In this document: positions 9,308-18,983 of the stretch, in pieces | How positions within the stretch are numbered: the first letter of the stretch is position 1 | How the letters are laid out: every line of letters starts with the position of its first letter | Source: Sulfurospirillaceae bacterium | GTDB taxonomy: Bacteria > Campylobacterota > Campylobacteria > Campylobacterales > Sulfurospirillaceae | Reading direction: 5' to 3' | Assembly: GCA_033723415.1 (NCBI GenBank) | Contig: JAWVXD010000004.1 | Coordinates: forward strand, 96,001 to 160,000 | Length of the DNA: 64,000 bases | Position numbers and translations under genes: made by a program | Notes under the pieces: generated by a model | Databases searched by the model: none | What the model was told of the DNA's origin: nothing | The model's input: the letters and a program-made list of their open reading frames with translations, nothing else

Positions 9308-10165
9308 TTAACCTTGCTCTTTTTTTGTGAAAAACAGATTCATAACCGCCATGATCGAAGTCGTTACTATCAGTAAGAAAGATATGGCATTTATGATAGG
9401 GGTACTTCCATCACGCACTTGGAGGTAAAGATTTATAGGTAAAGTCGTGTCTGATCCGACCAAGAATAACGTCGTATTGAAGTTTTCAAAACTCATCAAA
9501 AACGCAACTGCTCCGGCACCTATGAGAGCCGGTTTTAGAAACGGTAAGATTATCAATCTGATCGTGTCAAATCTATTAGCGCCGAGATTCAAGGCAGCTT
9601 CTGAGAGCGAATTGTCAAACTTTTTGAGCCTTGCCGAAACTACAAGAAGCACAAAAGTAGATATAAATGAAAACTGACCTATAACGACCAGCCAAAAACT
9701 AGGTCTCAAGATACTAACATCTATACCAAATTTATTTTCGATATAAGTTCCTGCGCTGTTGGTCGCTAAAAGTAAAGAGATACCAAGTATGACTCCCGGT
9801 ATGACTAAAGGAGCTAAAGCCAAGAAATACAAGCCTTGCTTAAATCTAAAATTTTCTCTCTCAAACAAAAATGCACCGACTGTTCCCATGACAAGCGAGA
9901 ATATAGAAACAAAGAACGCTGTCTGTAAACTCACAAAAATACTCTGCAAGCTATTTGCATCATGTATCAATCCTACACGGTCTTTTGTATTTGCTAAGAA
10001 CCAATCCAGAGAAAATCCTTTCCATGGCAGGGAAGGAAAATCCGAATTGTTAAACGCCAAGATACAGGTCACTACAAGTGGAGCAAATAAAAATATATAA
10101 AAAGCTATGATGTAAATCAGAAAAGTAGTATTGTACTTTTTACTTCTAGGTAAAGTTCTTATCAT
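9308..10165 (-). CDS. ABC transporter permease (PotC-like)
   Basis: Multiple TM segments; EAA loop SLSEAALNLGA; TTLPI motif. Confidence 0.9.
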   Translation of the reverse strand: MIRTLPRSKKYNTTFLIYIIAFYIFLFAPLVVTCILAFNNSDFPSLPWKGFSLDWFLANTKDRVGLIHDANSLQSIFVSLQTAFFVSIFSLVMGTVGAFLFERENFRFKQGLYFLALAPLVIPGVILGISLLLATNSAGTYIENKFGIDVSILRPSFWLVVIGQFSFISTFVLLVVSARLKKFDNSLSEAALNLGANRFDTIRLIILPFLKPALIGAGAVAFLMSFENFNTTLFLVGSDTTLPINLYLQVRDGSTPIINAISFLLIVTTSIMAVMNLFFTKKEQG

Positions 10166-11019
10166 GACAGAGCCTTTGTTAGGTTTTGTCGGCTAATTTT
10201 TAGGCCAACCCAAATGATGAATGATGACAAGACTAAAAGCAAGAATCCAAAAGCTGCACCTTGATTCCAGTTAAAGCTTGCGATAAATTGATTGTAGATC
10301 TGTTCAGTAAACCAAAGAGAATTTTTGCCGCCCATGAGATTTGGTGTCAGATAGTTGCCCAATGTCAACATAAAGACGACAATAGAGCCTGAAACGATAC
10401 CCGGAGCAGCATATGGAATGATGATCTTAAAGAATATAATAAACTTTGAAGCACCCAGATCAAGGGCCGCTTCGACATAACTATCATCCATACCCTCAAG
10501 CGAAGATATCAGAGGTACGACCATAAACAGCATGGAAGTATAAACAAGTCCCATAACCATGGTCACGTCATTGTAAAGCATCTCAATCGGCTGGTGTATC
10601 AGTCCGAACTTCATCAAGAAATAATTTATAACTCCACTTTCCCTGAGCAGGATCATCCAGCCGTAAACTCTTACAAGCTCACTTACCCAAAATGGCATCA
10701 GCAGCAGTATCGTCAAGAATCCTTTGTATTTAGGAGAAACGACTTTGGTTATATAAAATGCTATAGGGAACGTGACGACAAACGTCAAAAATGTAACGAG
10801 TATTGAATATATCGCGGTTCTTGCAAAAGTATACCAATACACTCTTTCAGTAAAAAATTCACGATAATTTTCCAAACTCCAGACCAAATTTCCAGCATCG
10901 TTTTCAAACTTTAACGACATTAAGAATAAATCGATTTGCGGTAGAACTATAAGTAGAAACAGCCACAGAAAAACAGGGATAAAAAATATAAAAAACCCTA
11001 GTTTTATATGCTTTTTCAT
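10162..11019 (-). CDS. ABC transporter permease (PotB-like)
   Basis: PFWVSELVRVYGW, YVEAALDLGAS, LTLGNYLTPNLMGG, NWNQGAA. Confidence 0.9.
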   Translation of the reverse strand: MKKHIKLGFFIFFIPVFLWLFLLIVLPQIDLFLMSLKFENDAGNLVWSLENYREFFTERVYWYTFARTAIYSILVTFLTFVVTFPIAFYITKVVSPKYKGFLTILLLMPFWVSELVRVYGWMILLRESGVINYFLMKFGLIHQPIEMLYNDVTMVMGLVYTSMLFMVVPLISSLEGMDDSYVEAALDLGASKFIIFFKIIIPYAAPGIVSGSIVVFMLTLGNYLTPNLMGGKNSLWFTEQIYNQFIASFNWNQGAAFGFLLLVLSSFIIWVGLKISRQNLTKALS

Positions 11020-12083
11020 ACTTTATAACACTTACAATCTTCTTGATGGACACCAGCGTGTACGATGTCATCTTTTTGAATATGTGAAAATTCTCTGTTT
11101 TGAGGCAATGAAACCATTATCTCATGGTTATTATCCAAGAAAGTTGCCAATATTTTTGTATTTGAGCCGTCAAATAGTATGGTTTTAACTTTCAGATCAA
11201 AATAGTTCATATCACTAACACCGGATTTTGGAAACAAAGCAATAGCTTCAGGTCGCACAAATAGAGTACATTCCTTTTCGATATCTTCATCTATAAACAC
11301 AGATAGAAAATGAAGTCCTTCTTTTGTCTTTACTGAGCTTGAACTTTCTCTGAACGCTTCAAATTTATTTGTCTCACCGACAAAACCTGCTACAAAACTT
11401 GTCTTTGGATTTGCATATAAATTTTGTGGAGTGTCGATCTGCTCTAATTTTCCTTTATTCATAACAGCGACCTTATCGCTCATGACAAGAGCTTCTGATT
11501 GATCATGTGTTATATAGATGAAGGTCGTACCTATCTCATTTTGCAATTTTTTCAATTCTATCTTCATCTGCTCTCTAAGCTTTAGATCCAACGCACCTAA
11601 AGGCTCGTCCAAAAGCAGTATCGAAGGAGATAGAACAAGTGATCTAGCGATCGCAACTCTCTGCTTTTGACCGCCGGAGAGTTCTTGTACGTTTTGTTTT
11701 TGATAACCTCTAAGCTGGACTCTATCCAACATCGACTCGACTCTTTTTTTTATCTCTGCTTTGCTGACATTTTGGCGTTTAAGTCCAAACGCTACATTTT
11801 CTTCCACGCTCATCATAGGGAAAAGCGCCAAGTTTTGAAAAACAAGATTTACAGGTCTTTTGTTCGGCGACACACCTATCATCTCTTCGCCGTTTATCAA
11901 AATATTTCCTGAAGTTGGTTCTAAAAACCCGGCAATCATTCTGAGTAAAGTTGTCTTTCCACAGCCTGATGGTCCTAGTATTGAAAAAAACTTACCCTCT
12001 TCTACTTGAAAATTCACGCCGTCAACCGCTTTGAATTTTCCGAAACTTTTTTTGAGATCGATTATCTCTAAAACATTTTGCAT
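11016..12083 (-). CDS. ABC transporter ATP-binding subunit (PotA-like)
   Basis: Walker A GPSGCGKT, signature LSGGQKQRVA, Walker B LLLDEPLGALD, THDQSEA. Confidence 0.93.
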   Translation of the reverse strand: MQNVLEIIDLKKSFGKFKAVDGVNFQVEEGKFFSILGPSGCGKTTLLRMIAGFLEPTSGNILINGEEMIGVSPNKRPVNLVFQNLALFPMMSVEENVAFGLKRQNVSKAEIKKRVESMLDRVQLRGYQKQNVQELSGGQKQRVAIARSLVLSPSILLLDEPLGALDLKLREQMKIELKKLQNEIGTTFIYITHDQSEALVMSDKVAVMNKGKLEQIDTPQNLYANPKTSFVAGFVGETNKFEAFRESSSSVKTKEGLHFLSVFIDEDIEKECTLFVRPEAIALFPKSGVSDMNYFDLKVKTILFDGSNTKILATFLDNNHEIMVSLPQNREFSHIQKDDIVHAGVHQEDCKCYKV

Positions 12084-12098
12084 ATATTATCCTGAAGA

Positions 12099-12120
12099 AA
12101 AGGGGATATAAATCCCCTTT
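12099..12120 (-). terminator. Intercistronic hairpin after the binding-protein gene (partial terminator or mRNA stabiliser)
   Basis: AAAGGGGAT-ataa-ATCCCCTTT, 9-bp stem. Confidence 0.65.
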
Positions 12121-12126
12121 GTTGTT

Positions 12127-13188
12127 TTATTGTGCTGATTTTACTATATCTAAAATTTTGCCTTCTATCTTTTCAAGCTTTGCTGGAACCGGCGGATACC
12201 ATTTGATATTGTCGATATCTGCTTTTGTAAAAGTTCTCTCAAAGTTATCTTTTTTCTCTGGACTTAGAAGTTTGATAGCTCCATTTGATGCAGTACCATA
12301 ACCTTGATCATTTGTGAAATAAGCTGCATTTTCAGGCTTTAACATAAAGTTGATCCACTTATAAGCAGCTGATACGTTCTTTGATTTTGCAGGTATTGCA
12401 AATGTATCAATCCAACCTAATGCTCCACTTTTTGGTGCAACAAAGTCGATATCCGGATTTTCTTTGTGCAGCTTCCAGCCGCCTCCGTCCCAACCCATAG
12501 CAACAGTAACTTCGCCGCTTCTTAACATACTTAAAAGTGCATCTCCGTTTGCCCAGTAGTTGTTTACTAAAGGCTTAGCTTTGATCAAGTCTTTACCTAC
12601 TGAATCCATAAGTTTTGCGTACGCTTTTGAGTTAGAGTATTTTGCAAACGGATCATCACCTTTTGCAAATGCTATAGCTATAAGAGTAGGTCTTTTCAAT
12701 CTATATGAGATCTTACCTTTGTATTTTGGATTTAAAAGATCACTATAATCTTTTGCATCAGGTGCAAGTTTTTTGTTTACGATCAATCCTGAAGTACCAT
12801 AACAAAATGGAACAGCGTAAGATTTACCTCTAACTTTTGTATTTTTCTGAACTGCTTTTAGCATAGATGGAATAAACTCTGCCGTGTCTATTTTTGAATA
12901 ATCCATAGGCTTGTATATCTTATATTTTGCCTGAACTGAACTGATTCTGTCTTGTGAAGGCTGAGCCAAATCAAAACCACCACCTCTAGTTGCTCTAAGT
13001 TTAGCTATCATTTCCTCATTGTTTGAGTATGTAAGCTCAACTTTTATACCTGTTTGCTTTTCAAACTTCGTAACTAACGCTTGAGGTGCATACCCTTTCC
13101 AAGTAAGTATCCTCAGTGTTTGTTGCGCCATCAAACTGCCGCTACATACAATAGTTGCTGCAATAGCAACGCTGGTTAATCTCTTCAT
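12127..13188 (-). CDS. ABC transporter periplasmic binding protein (PotD fold)
   Basis: Signal peptide; LTWKGYAP, FEKQTGIKV, SNNEEMIAKL, FDLAQPS, PKSGALGWIDTFAIP, AYKWINFMLKPENAA. Confidence 0.9.
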   Translation of the reverse strand: MKRLTSVAIAATIVCSGSLMAQQTLRILTWKGYAPQALVTKFEKQTGIKVELTYSNNEEMIAKLRATRGGGFDLAQPSQDRISSVQAKYKIYKPMDYSKIDTAEFIPSMLKAVQKNTKVRGKSYAVPFCYGTSGLIVNKKLAPDAKDYSDLLNPKYKGKISYRLKRPTLIAIAFAKGDDPFAKYSNSKAYAKLMDSVGKDLIKAKPLVNNYWANGDALLSMLRSGEVTVAMGWDGGGWKLHKENPDIDFVAPKSGALGWIDTFAIPAKSKNVSAAYKWINFMLKPENAAYFTNDQGYGTASNGAIKLLSPEKKDNFERTFTKADIDNIKWYPPVPAKLEKIEGKILDIVKSAQ

Positions 13189-13214
13189 TTTTTCTCCTAA
13201 GTAAAATTTAATTT

Positions 13215-13248
13215 ATTATACTAAAAAAGGATAACATAATAGTTACAA
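13215..13248 (-). promoter_or_regulatory. Pho-box-like direct repeat plus -10 element for the ABC-GDPD operon
   Basis: Minus strand TTGTAAC-tatt-ATGTTAT (11-bp period), 10-nt spacer, then TATAAT (13215-13220). Confidence 0.55.
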
Positions 13249-13256
13249 AAACTGAT

Positions 13257-14834
13257 CTAAATGCTATTATCCAATATCAACTTAGCCGATTGTAACTTTT
13301 TTGCATATACCTCATCACTCCAAGAAAACTTTTCTCTCAAAACAAGGGTAACTGCTTCTAAACTTTTTTTAGCAGCTTCAATATCTATCAATCCTAAATT
13401 TGAACGACGGACTATAAAATCCAAAGGCTCTTTTACGAACTCAAACTCTATGGCATAATAAACTTCGGCGATCAAATACTCATACTCTTCATGTAGTTTT
13501 TCTTGTCCATATTTATCTATAAAATCAACAACCTCTAGGGAAAGTGATCCATACGTCTCTACAAGATGTTGTTTTATTTTTATGTCTAGCTGCAGAGGTT
13601 CTATCTGTTCTTTGATCTTTTTTATATCCTGCTCACTACCTGAAAGTTTATAATTTTTTGTTTCACACTCTTTTAGATTTTTATATTGTGCTGTTTGTTG
13701 TATATAATCAACCAATTCTTCTGCCATTCTTCTATAACTTGTCCACTTACCCCCTGCAATACTTATAAGTCCGGAATCAGAAGTAGTTATAAAATGCTCT
13801 CTGACCAGCTCTTTGGTATCACTGACATTTTCACTCAGCACTAAGGGTCTAAGACCTGACCAACAAGAGAGAATGTCACTTTTTTGGATATCTATAGAAA
13901 AATATTTTTTCACATGACGCAAAAGATACTCTATCTCTTCTTCACTTACTTTTGGATGTTCTTGAACGGTTGATTTTTCATCAGTTGTCCCGACCAAACA
14001 TTTACCAAGATAAGGAAGCATAAAAAGTACTCTTCCGTCTTCTGTTTGTGGGATCATCAAGCCCTCATCATTAGGCAAAAACTTTTTGTCCAAGATGATG
14101 TGTATACCGGAACTTGGCTCTACAAGATCTTTAACAGATCTATCATCAAGTCGTCTTATCTCGTCACAAAATACGCCTGTTGCATTTACCACAATATCTG
14201 CGTCAATATCGTAGACCTCATCTGTGATCTTATCTTTTACACTGACGCCAACGATCTTCTTATCATTATATTTAAAATTTAATACTTCAGTATAATTTCT
14301 TACATCACAGCCTTTTTCTTTGGCACTTTGAAGTAAGGCTATGGTCATCCTTGAGTCGTTAAAAGCACCGTCATAATATCTAACTCCACCCTTTAGACCC
14401 TCTTTTTTAACAGACGGAAATATCTCCATGATCTCTTTTTTGCCGACAATTTGAGTTCTTCCTAAACTTTGTTTGCCTGAAACAAAATCATAGATACTTA
14501 GTCCTGCAAATAGATAAGGGATTTCATACCATTTGTATAGAGGTGTTACAAGAGTGATTTTGCGTGAAAGGTGAGAAGCATTTTTTAAAAATAGATCTCG
14601 CTCATATAAACCTTCTTTTACTAGATTATATTGAGCTAAATCGAGTGATTTTATGGCGGCTTCCAAGTATCTTACTCCGCCGTGCACCAACTTGGTACTT
14701 CTACTGCTAGTGCCTTCTGAGAAATCATTTTTCTCTAATACTAAAGTTTTGAGTCCTCTTAATGTAGCATCTAGAGCAATACCTGAGCCGGTAGCCCCAC
14801 CACCAATAATAATAAGATCATATTTTTTATGCAT
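13257..14834 (-). CDS. glpD: FAD-dependent glycerol-3-phosphate dehydrogenase
   Basis: IIIGGGATGSGIALDA, GTSSRSTKLVHGGVRYLE, YYDG..NDSR, LVGTTD, WSGLRPL, AGGKWTSYRRMAE. Confidence 0.93.
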   Translation of the reverse strand: MHKKYDLIIIGGGATGSGIALDATLRGLKTLVLEKNDFSEGTSSRSTKLVHGGVRYLEAAIKSLDLAQYNLVKEGLYERDLFLKNASHLSRKITLVTPLYKWYEIPYLFAGLSIYDFVSGKQSLGRTQIVGKKEIMEIFPSVKKEGLKGGVRYYDGAFNDSRMTIALLQSAKEKGCDVRNYTEVLNFKYNDKKIVGVSVKDKITDEVYDIDADIVVNATGVFCDEIRRLDDRSVKDLVEPSSGIHIILDKKFLPNDEGLMIPQTEDGRVLFMLPYLGKCLVGTTDEKSTVQEHPKVSEEEIEYLLRHVKKYFSIDIQKSDILSCWSGLRPLVLSENVSDTKELVREHFITTSDSGLISIAGGKWTSYRRMAEELVDYIQQTAQYKNLKECETKNYKLSGSEQDIKKIKEQIEPLQLDIKIKQHLVETYGSLSLEVVDFIDKYGQEKLHEEYEYLIAEVYYAIEFEFVKEPLDFIVRRSNLGLIDIEAAKKSLEAVTLVLREKFSWSDEVYAKKLQSAKLILDNSI

Positions 14835-14910
14835 TATAAACTTTTATATAAAATTTTTGAGAATATTAGCTTAAATTTGCTTTGTCTACCCTTTAAACTT
14901 TTCCTTAAAT

Positions 14911-14944
14911 TTGTAATGTTTTTGTTATTAAAACTTGATATGAT
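14911..14944 (+). promoter_or_regulatory. Pho-box-like direct repeat plus -10 element for the EAL-CBS-GGDEF gene (probably a leaderless transcript)
   Basis: TTGTAAT-gttt-TTGTTAT (14911-14928), 10-nt spacer, TATGAT (14939-14944), ATG 7 nt later with no SD. Confidence 0.55.
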
Positions 14945-14951
14945 TTAGTTT

Positions 14952-16697
14952 ATGAAAGAAATAAAACAGTGGAAAGAAATTATTGATGAACTTGACTACG
15001 CTTACCAACCGATAGTCAGTTTAGACACAGGGAAAACCATAGGTTTTGAAGCTCTTCTACGAGGTGTGGACAAAACCGAGCTAAAAACAATAGACACATT
15101 TTTTGACAAAGCATATGAGAACAATATACTGCATATAGTTGAATTTGCTCTTCGTAAAAAAGCGATCATAAAATTTTTAAAATACAAAAATCCGGCAAAT
15201 ATAAAACTATTTTTAAACTTAGATAATCGGATTATAAATTCAAAAAAATTCGACAAAGGAAAAACAAAAAAATTCATAAATTCCCTGGCTATCGAGAACT
15301 CATTTATTGTATTTGAAATATCTGAGAAACATGAGATAAATTCTTATAAAAACTTTAAAGAGCTATTTGATCACTATGCAAAGCAAGATTTCCAAATAGC
15401 TATAGATGATTATGGTACCGGTTTTTCAAGTATGAAGCTTTTATATCATACGGACCCAGATTATATAAAGATAGATAGATTTTTTATTAAAGATGTTGAT
15501 ACGGATATTAAAAAACAAATCTTTTTAAGGAAGATACTGGAGGTTTCACATCTCTTAGGGCATCTGGTCGTGGCTGAAGGAGTTGAAACGACAAAAGAGT
15601 TTTTGTTTTGCAAAGAGCTTGGATTTGATATGGTGCAGGGGTTTTTAATAGAAAAACCAAATATAGATATAAAAAACTTACCGGATTATTATGACCTGAG
15701 TTCTATTTATCCTTCAAAAAGAGAAAAAACAGAAAATATTGATATTATCAGTAATATTGAGGTATTCCCTAGCATTCACTATAAATCTTTATTTAGTGAA
15801 GTATTTCATATCTTAAAACACAGCAAAAATCACAATTTTTTAGTTGTTGTCAATGACAATGATACTCCTTTGGGAGTCTTGGAAGATCGAACACTAAAAG
15901 AATATCTATATTCTCCCTACGGAAATGAACTTTTATCAAAAAAAAGAATTTGCGATAAGACAGATGAATTTCTAACACAATGCCGGACTACCAACTCAAA
16001 TGAGTCTATTGAAACCATCCTTAACATCTTCAGCTACAGTGATGATTTTTCGTCTATCATTATCAAAGAGAAAGGACGATACAAAGGTGTATTGTCTGCA
16101 CAGAAATTATTGGATATCGTTCATAAAAAACAACTTCTTGATGCAAGAGATCAAAATCCTCTTACCAAACTAGGAGGGAACAGCACTATAATTAACTATA
16201 TACAAAAGTGCATGGATGCTACTACTCCATATCTTCATATATATTACGACTTGGATAATTTCAAGCCTTACAACGATAAATACGGTTTTAGAAACGGTGA
16301 TAGGATAATACTTTTATTTGCAGATATTTTGCGCTCCTTCTGCAATAATGATGATTTTATGATTGGTCATATTGGAGGTGATGATTTCTTTATGTCAGTC
16401 TCAATCGGCACTAGAACACTTGAAGCGACACTGGAATTAGTTGAAAAAATAATCGAAAAATTTTCTAGGGATGTTGTGGCATTTTATAAAAAAGATGATA
16501 TCAAACAAGGTTTTATAGAGTCAAAAGATAGAAACGGCAATGTAAACAAATATAAATTTTTGACAGTCAGCGCTGCCGTACTTGAAGTTAACGGTAAATC
16601 AATCAAATTTAAGAATGAGTATGCTGATATTTTGGCAGAAATTAAAAAAACTGCAAAAAAATCTTCCACACACTATAGTATTTCAACTCTTCTATAA
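14952..16697 (+). CDS. EAL-CBS-GGDEF c-di-GMP phosphodiesterase/cyclase
   Basis: YQPIV, FEALLR, DDYGTGFSS, AEGVET; central CBS-like region; NPLTKLGGN, DLDNFKPYNDKYGF, HIGGDDF. Confidence 0.9.
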   Translation: MKEIKQWKEIIDELDYAYQPIVSLDTGKTIGFEALLRGVDKTELKTIDTFFDKAYENNILHIVEFALRKKAIIKFLKYKNPANIKLFLNLDNRIINSKKFDKGKTKKFINSLAIENSFIVFEISEKHEINSYKNFKELFDHYAKQDFQIAIDDYGTGFSSMKLLYHTDPDYIKIDRFFIKDVDTDIKKQIFLRKILEVSHLLGHLVVAEGVETTKEFLFCKELGFDMVQGFLIEKPNIDIKNLPDYYDLSSIYPSKREKTENIDIISNIEVFPSIHYKSLFSEVFHILKHSKNHNFLVVVNDNDTPLGVLEDRTLKEYLYSPYGNELLSKKRICDKTDEFLTQCRTTNSNESIETILNIFSYSDDFSSIIIKEKGRYKGVLSAQKLLDIVHKKQLLDARDQNPLTKLGGNSTIINYIQKCMDATTPYLHIYYDLDNFKPYNDKYGFRNGDRIILLFADILRSFCNNDDFMIGHIGGDDFFMSVSIGTRTLEATLELVEKIIEKFSRDVVAFYKKDDIKQGFIESKDRNGNVNKYKFLTVSAAVLEVNGKSIKFKNEYADILAEIKKTAKKSSTHYSISTLL

Positions 16698-16703
16698 AAC
16701 TAC

Positions 16704-18983
16704 CTATGTGACTTTGTCTCTTCCTCTTTCTTTAGATATATAGAGAGCTTTATCAGCATTTTCTACCAATTTATCTATATCATCATTTTCTTCTAGCATA
16801 GCAATACCGATACTGACGGTAAAATTTATCTTATGCTTTTGTATTACCAAACATTGATTTTTAATCTCTTGTCTAATCCTCTCTGCTAAACTGTGAGCGA
16901 TATCCTTTCGTGTGTTATTTAGTAAAATTCCAAACTCTTCTCCACCTAGTCTTCCAAAGATATCGCTTTTTCTTAATATTGCTGATATTGATTTGGCAAA
17001 ACATTTAAGGACTTCATCACCGACCAAATGTCCGTATGAGTCGTTAATATTTTTAAAATAATCAATATCAAGCATCAGAAAAGATATCGGAGTTTTTTCT
17101 CTTTTGGCTACCTTGATAAACTGATTTGCAATGTCAAAAAAACTTCTTCTGCTCAATATCCCCGTCAAAACATCAGTAGAGGCTAACATCTCTAATTCTT
17201 TGTTTTTATTTTTTAATATCATATTGTATTTTTTAAGTGTTCTTTCTCTTTGCACATATAAAAGTAACAGTATGAAAAAGAATATTCCTATATATGTTAA
17301 AAGTTTATAATCAACCCCTTTATCATATTTTACTGATACCCAGTGATTTAGTATATCTTGTTTTTCTTCTTGTGTAATGCTAGATAAAGCTTTGTTAAGG
17401 ATACTTAAAAGGATCGGTTCATCACTTCTGAGGGCTATTGAGAGATTCAACTTTTCATCAAGTTTACCGGCTATCTTTAATTCACCGTAATAGCTTTTTT
17501 GTAAGTCCTCTCCTACAGCAAATAGCGTATCTATTAATCCGTATAACTTTCCATGACTTACCATATTGAGCCCTTCTTTTCTAGATTCAACCTCTACAAA
17601 CTTCATATTAGGATGGTTTTTTTTGAAGTATTTTATAAAAGGGCTGCCTTTGACGATGCCTATTTTTTTGGATTTTATAGAATTTAAATTTTCTATGAAT
17701 ACTTTATCAAGTTTCGTTACTATCACAAGCGGTGCAAAGATATAAGGTTTTGTCAAATCCAGATTTTTTTCTATCTTGTTTGTTTTCAGTGCTAAAGGCA
17801 TTATATCGCACTTTTTATTCTTTATATACTCCAAAGACTGTTTCCAGTCATCTGTTTTTATGAGGTCGATAGGAGTTTTAATATGCTTTTGTATAAGTTT
17901 CAAATATTCCGAACTTATTCCTGTGAATTTTCCATTTTCTATCATCTCAAATGGCTTCCAGTTTGAAGTGACACACATTTTTATATGCTTCTTGCTTTTT
18001 AAAAAATCTAATTCATCCTTGCTTAAATTCATATCCTGATTTGATAAATTATAGATAAAATCATCTAGTGTACTTTTATCTATATAGTCTCCTGCTATTG
18101 TATATATGTTACTGATATTATTTATCTTATCTTCGTTCATTTTTCCAAAATGTTTGCTGTTTATTTCCAGTAGATCTTTCATACTATTTGCTTCAAACGC
18201 TAATTTTTCATAAGTAAAATGTTGGGTGTTGTATTTTTTTAATATTATATTGATACTCTCATCAAGATGCGCATAGGCATATCTCCATCCTTTTAACGTT
18301 GCTTCAACAAAAGCTTTAACCTGTTTTGGATGAGTTCGCAACTCTTTTTCGGAAGTAAAAAGAATATCACTGTAAAAATCAATACCATAATTTTTAGGAG
18401 ATATCAGATTGTATTGTATTTTTTTTAACCATAGCGTATAAGGTTGATCCGTCTTATAAACAGCGAAAGCATCGACCTTCTTATTTATCAACTCTTCTAT
18501 ATTTGAAGAAAATGAATGAGGTCTTAAGTTTTCAAGATTGACGTTTTTAGTGTAAAACATAAGTTTTATGTATGGATTTTCAAAAAATGCATTTGTTGCC
18601 ATGATCTTTTTGTGTTTTAATTGTTCTATCTTGGTGATATGAGAGCTTTTCAATGTCATAATAGCCAAAGGAGAGTGTTGAAATATAGCACTTAATGCTA
18701 CTATCGGTTTCCCATGAGCTCTTTCTCTGATCAAAGAAGAATCCCCTATACCAAATGTACTTTCACCGTTAAGTACATCGTTGACTATATTTGATCCATT
18801 ATATTCCAATATCTTGACATCAAGTCCTAGATCACTATAAAAACCTTTCTCTTTTGCCACATAATATCCTGCAAATTGAAAGGCGTCTTTCCATTTGAGT
18901 CGTACAGAGACTTTGTCCATAGCACTCAATGTAGAAATACACGATATAGTGATAAGGAGCAAAATAGAAAGGTGTTTTTTCAT
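16704..18983 (-). CDS. Membrane diguanylate cyclase with NMT1/THI5-like and family-3 periplasmic binding domains
   Basis: LKWKDAFQFAGYYVAKEKGFY (THI5-like); second SBP domain NWKPFE; TM helix; DVLTG, DIDYFKNINDSYGH, RLGGEEF. Confidence 0.9.
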   Translation of the reverse strand: MKKHLSILLLITISCISTLSAMDKVSVRLKWKDAFQFAGYYVAKEKGFYSDLGLDVKILEYNGSNIVNDVLNGESTFGIGDSSLIRERAHGKPIVALSAIFQHSPLAIMTLKSSHITKIEQLKHKKIMATNAFFENPYIKLMFYTKNVNLENLRPHSFSSNIEELINKKVDAFAVYKTDQPYTLWLKKIQYNLISPKNYGIDFYSDILFTSEKELRTHPKQVKAFVEATLKGWRYAYAHLDESINIILKKYNTQHFTYEKLAFEANSMKDLLEINSKHFGKMNEDKINNISNIYTIAGDYIDKSTLDDFIYNLSNQDMNLSKDELDFLKSKKHIKMCVTSNWKPFEMIENGKFTGISSEYLKLIQKHIKTPIDLIKTDDWKQSLEYIKNKKCDIMPLALKTNKIEKNLDLTKPYIFAPLVIVTKLDKVFIENLNSIKSKKIGIVKGSPFIKYFKKNHPNMKFVEVESRKEGLNMVSHGKLYGLIDTLFAVGEDLQKSYYGELKIAGKLDEKLNLSIALRSDEPILLSILNKALSSITQEEKQDILNHWVSVKYDKGVDYKLLTYIGIFFFILLLLYVQRERTLKKYNMILKNKNKELEMLASTDVLTGILSRRSFFDIANQFIKVAKREKTPISFLMLDIDYFKNINDSYGHLVGDEVLKCFAKSISAILRKSDIFGRLGGEEFGILLNNTRKDIAHSLAERIRQEIKNQCLVIQKHKINFTVSIGIAMLEENDDIDKLVENADKALYISKERGRDKVT

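Noticed and set aside
9308..13188. Naming the ABC genes potABCD (spermidine/putrescine transport)
   Set aside because: The fold matches, but the glpD/GDPD context and loss of acidic ligand residues argue against it, so symbols were left blank.
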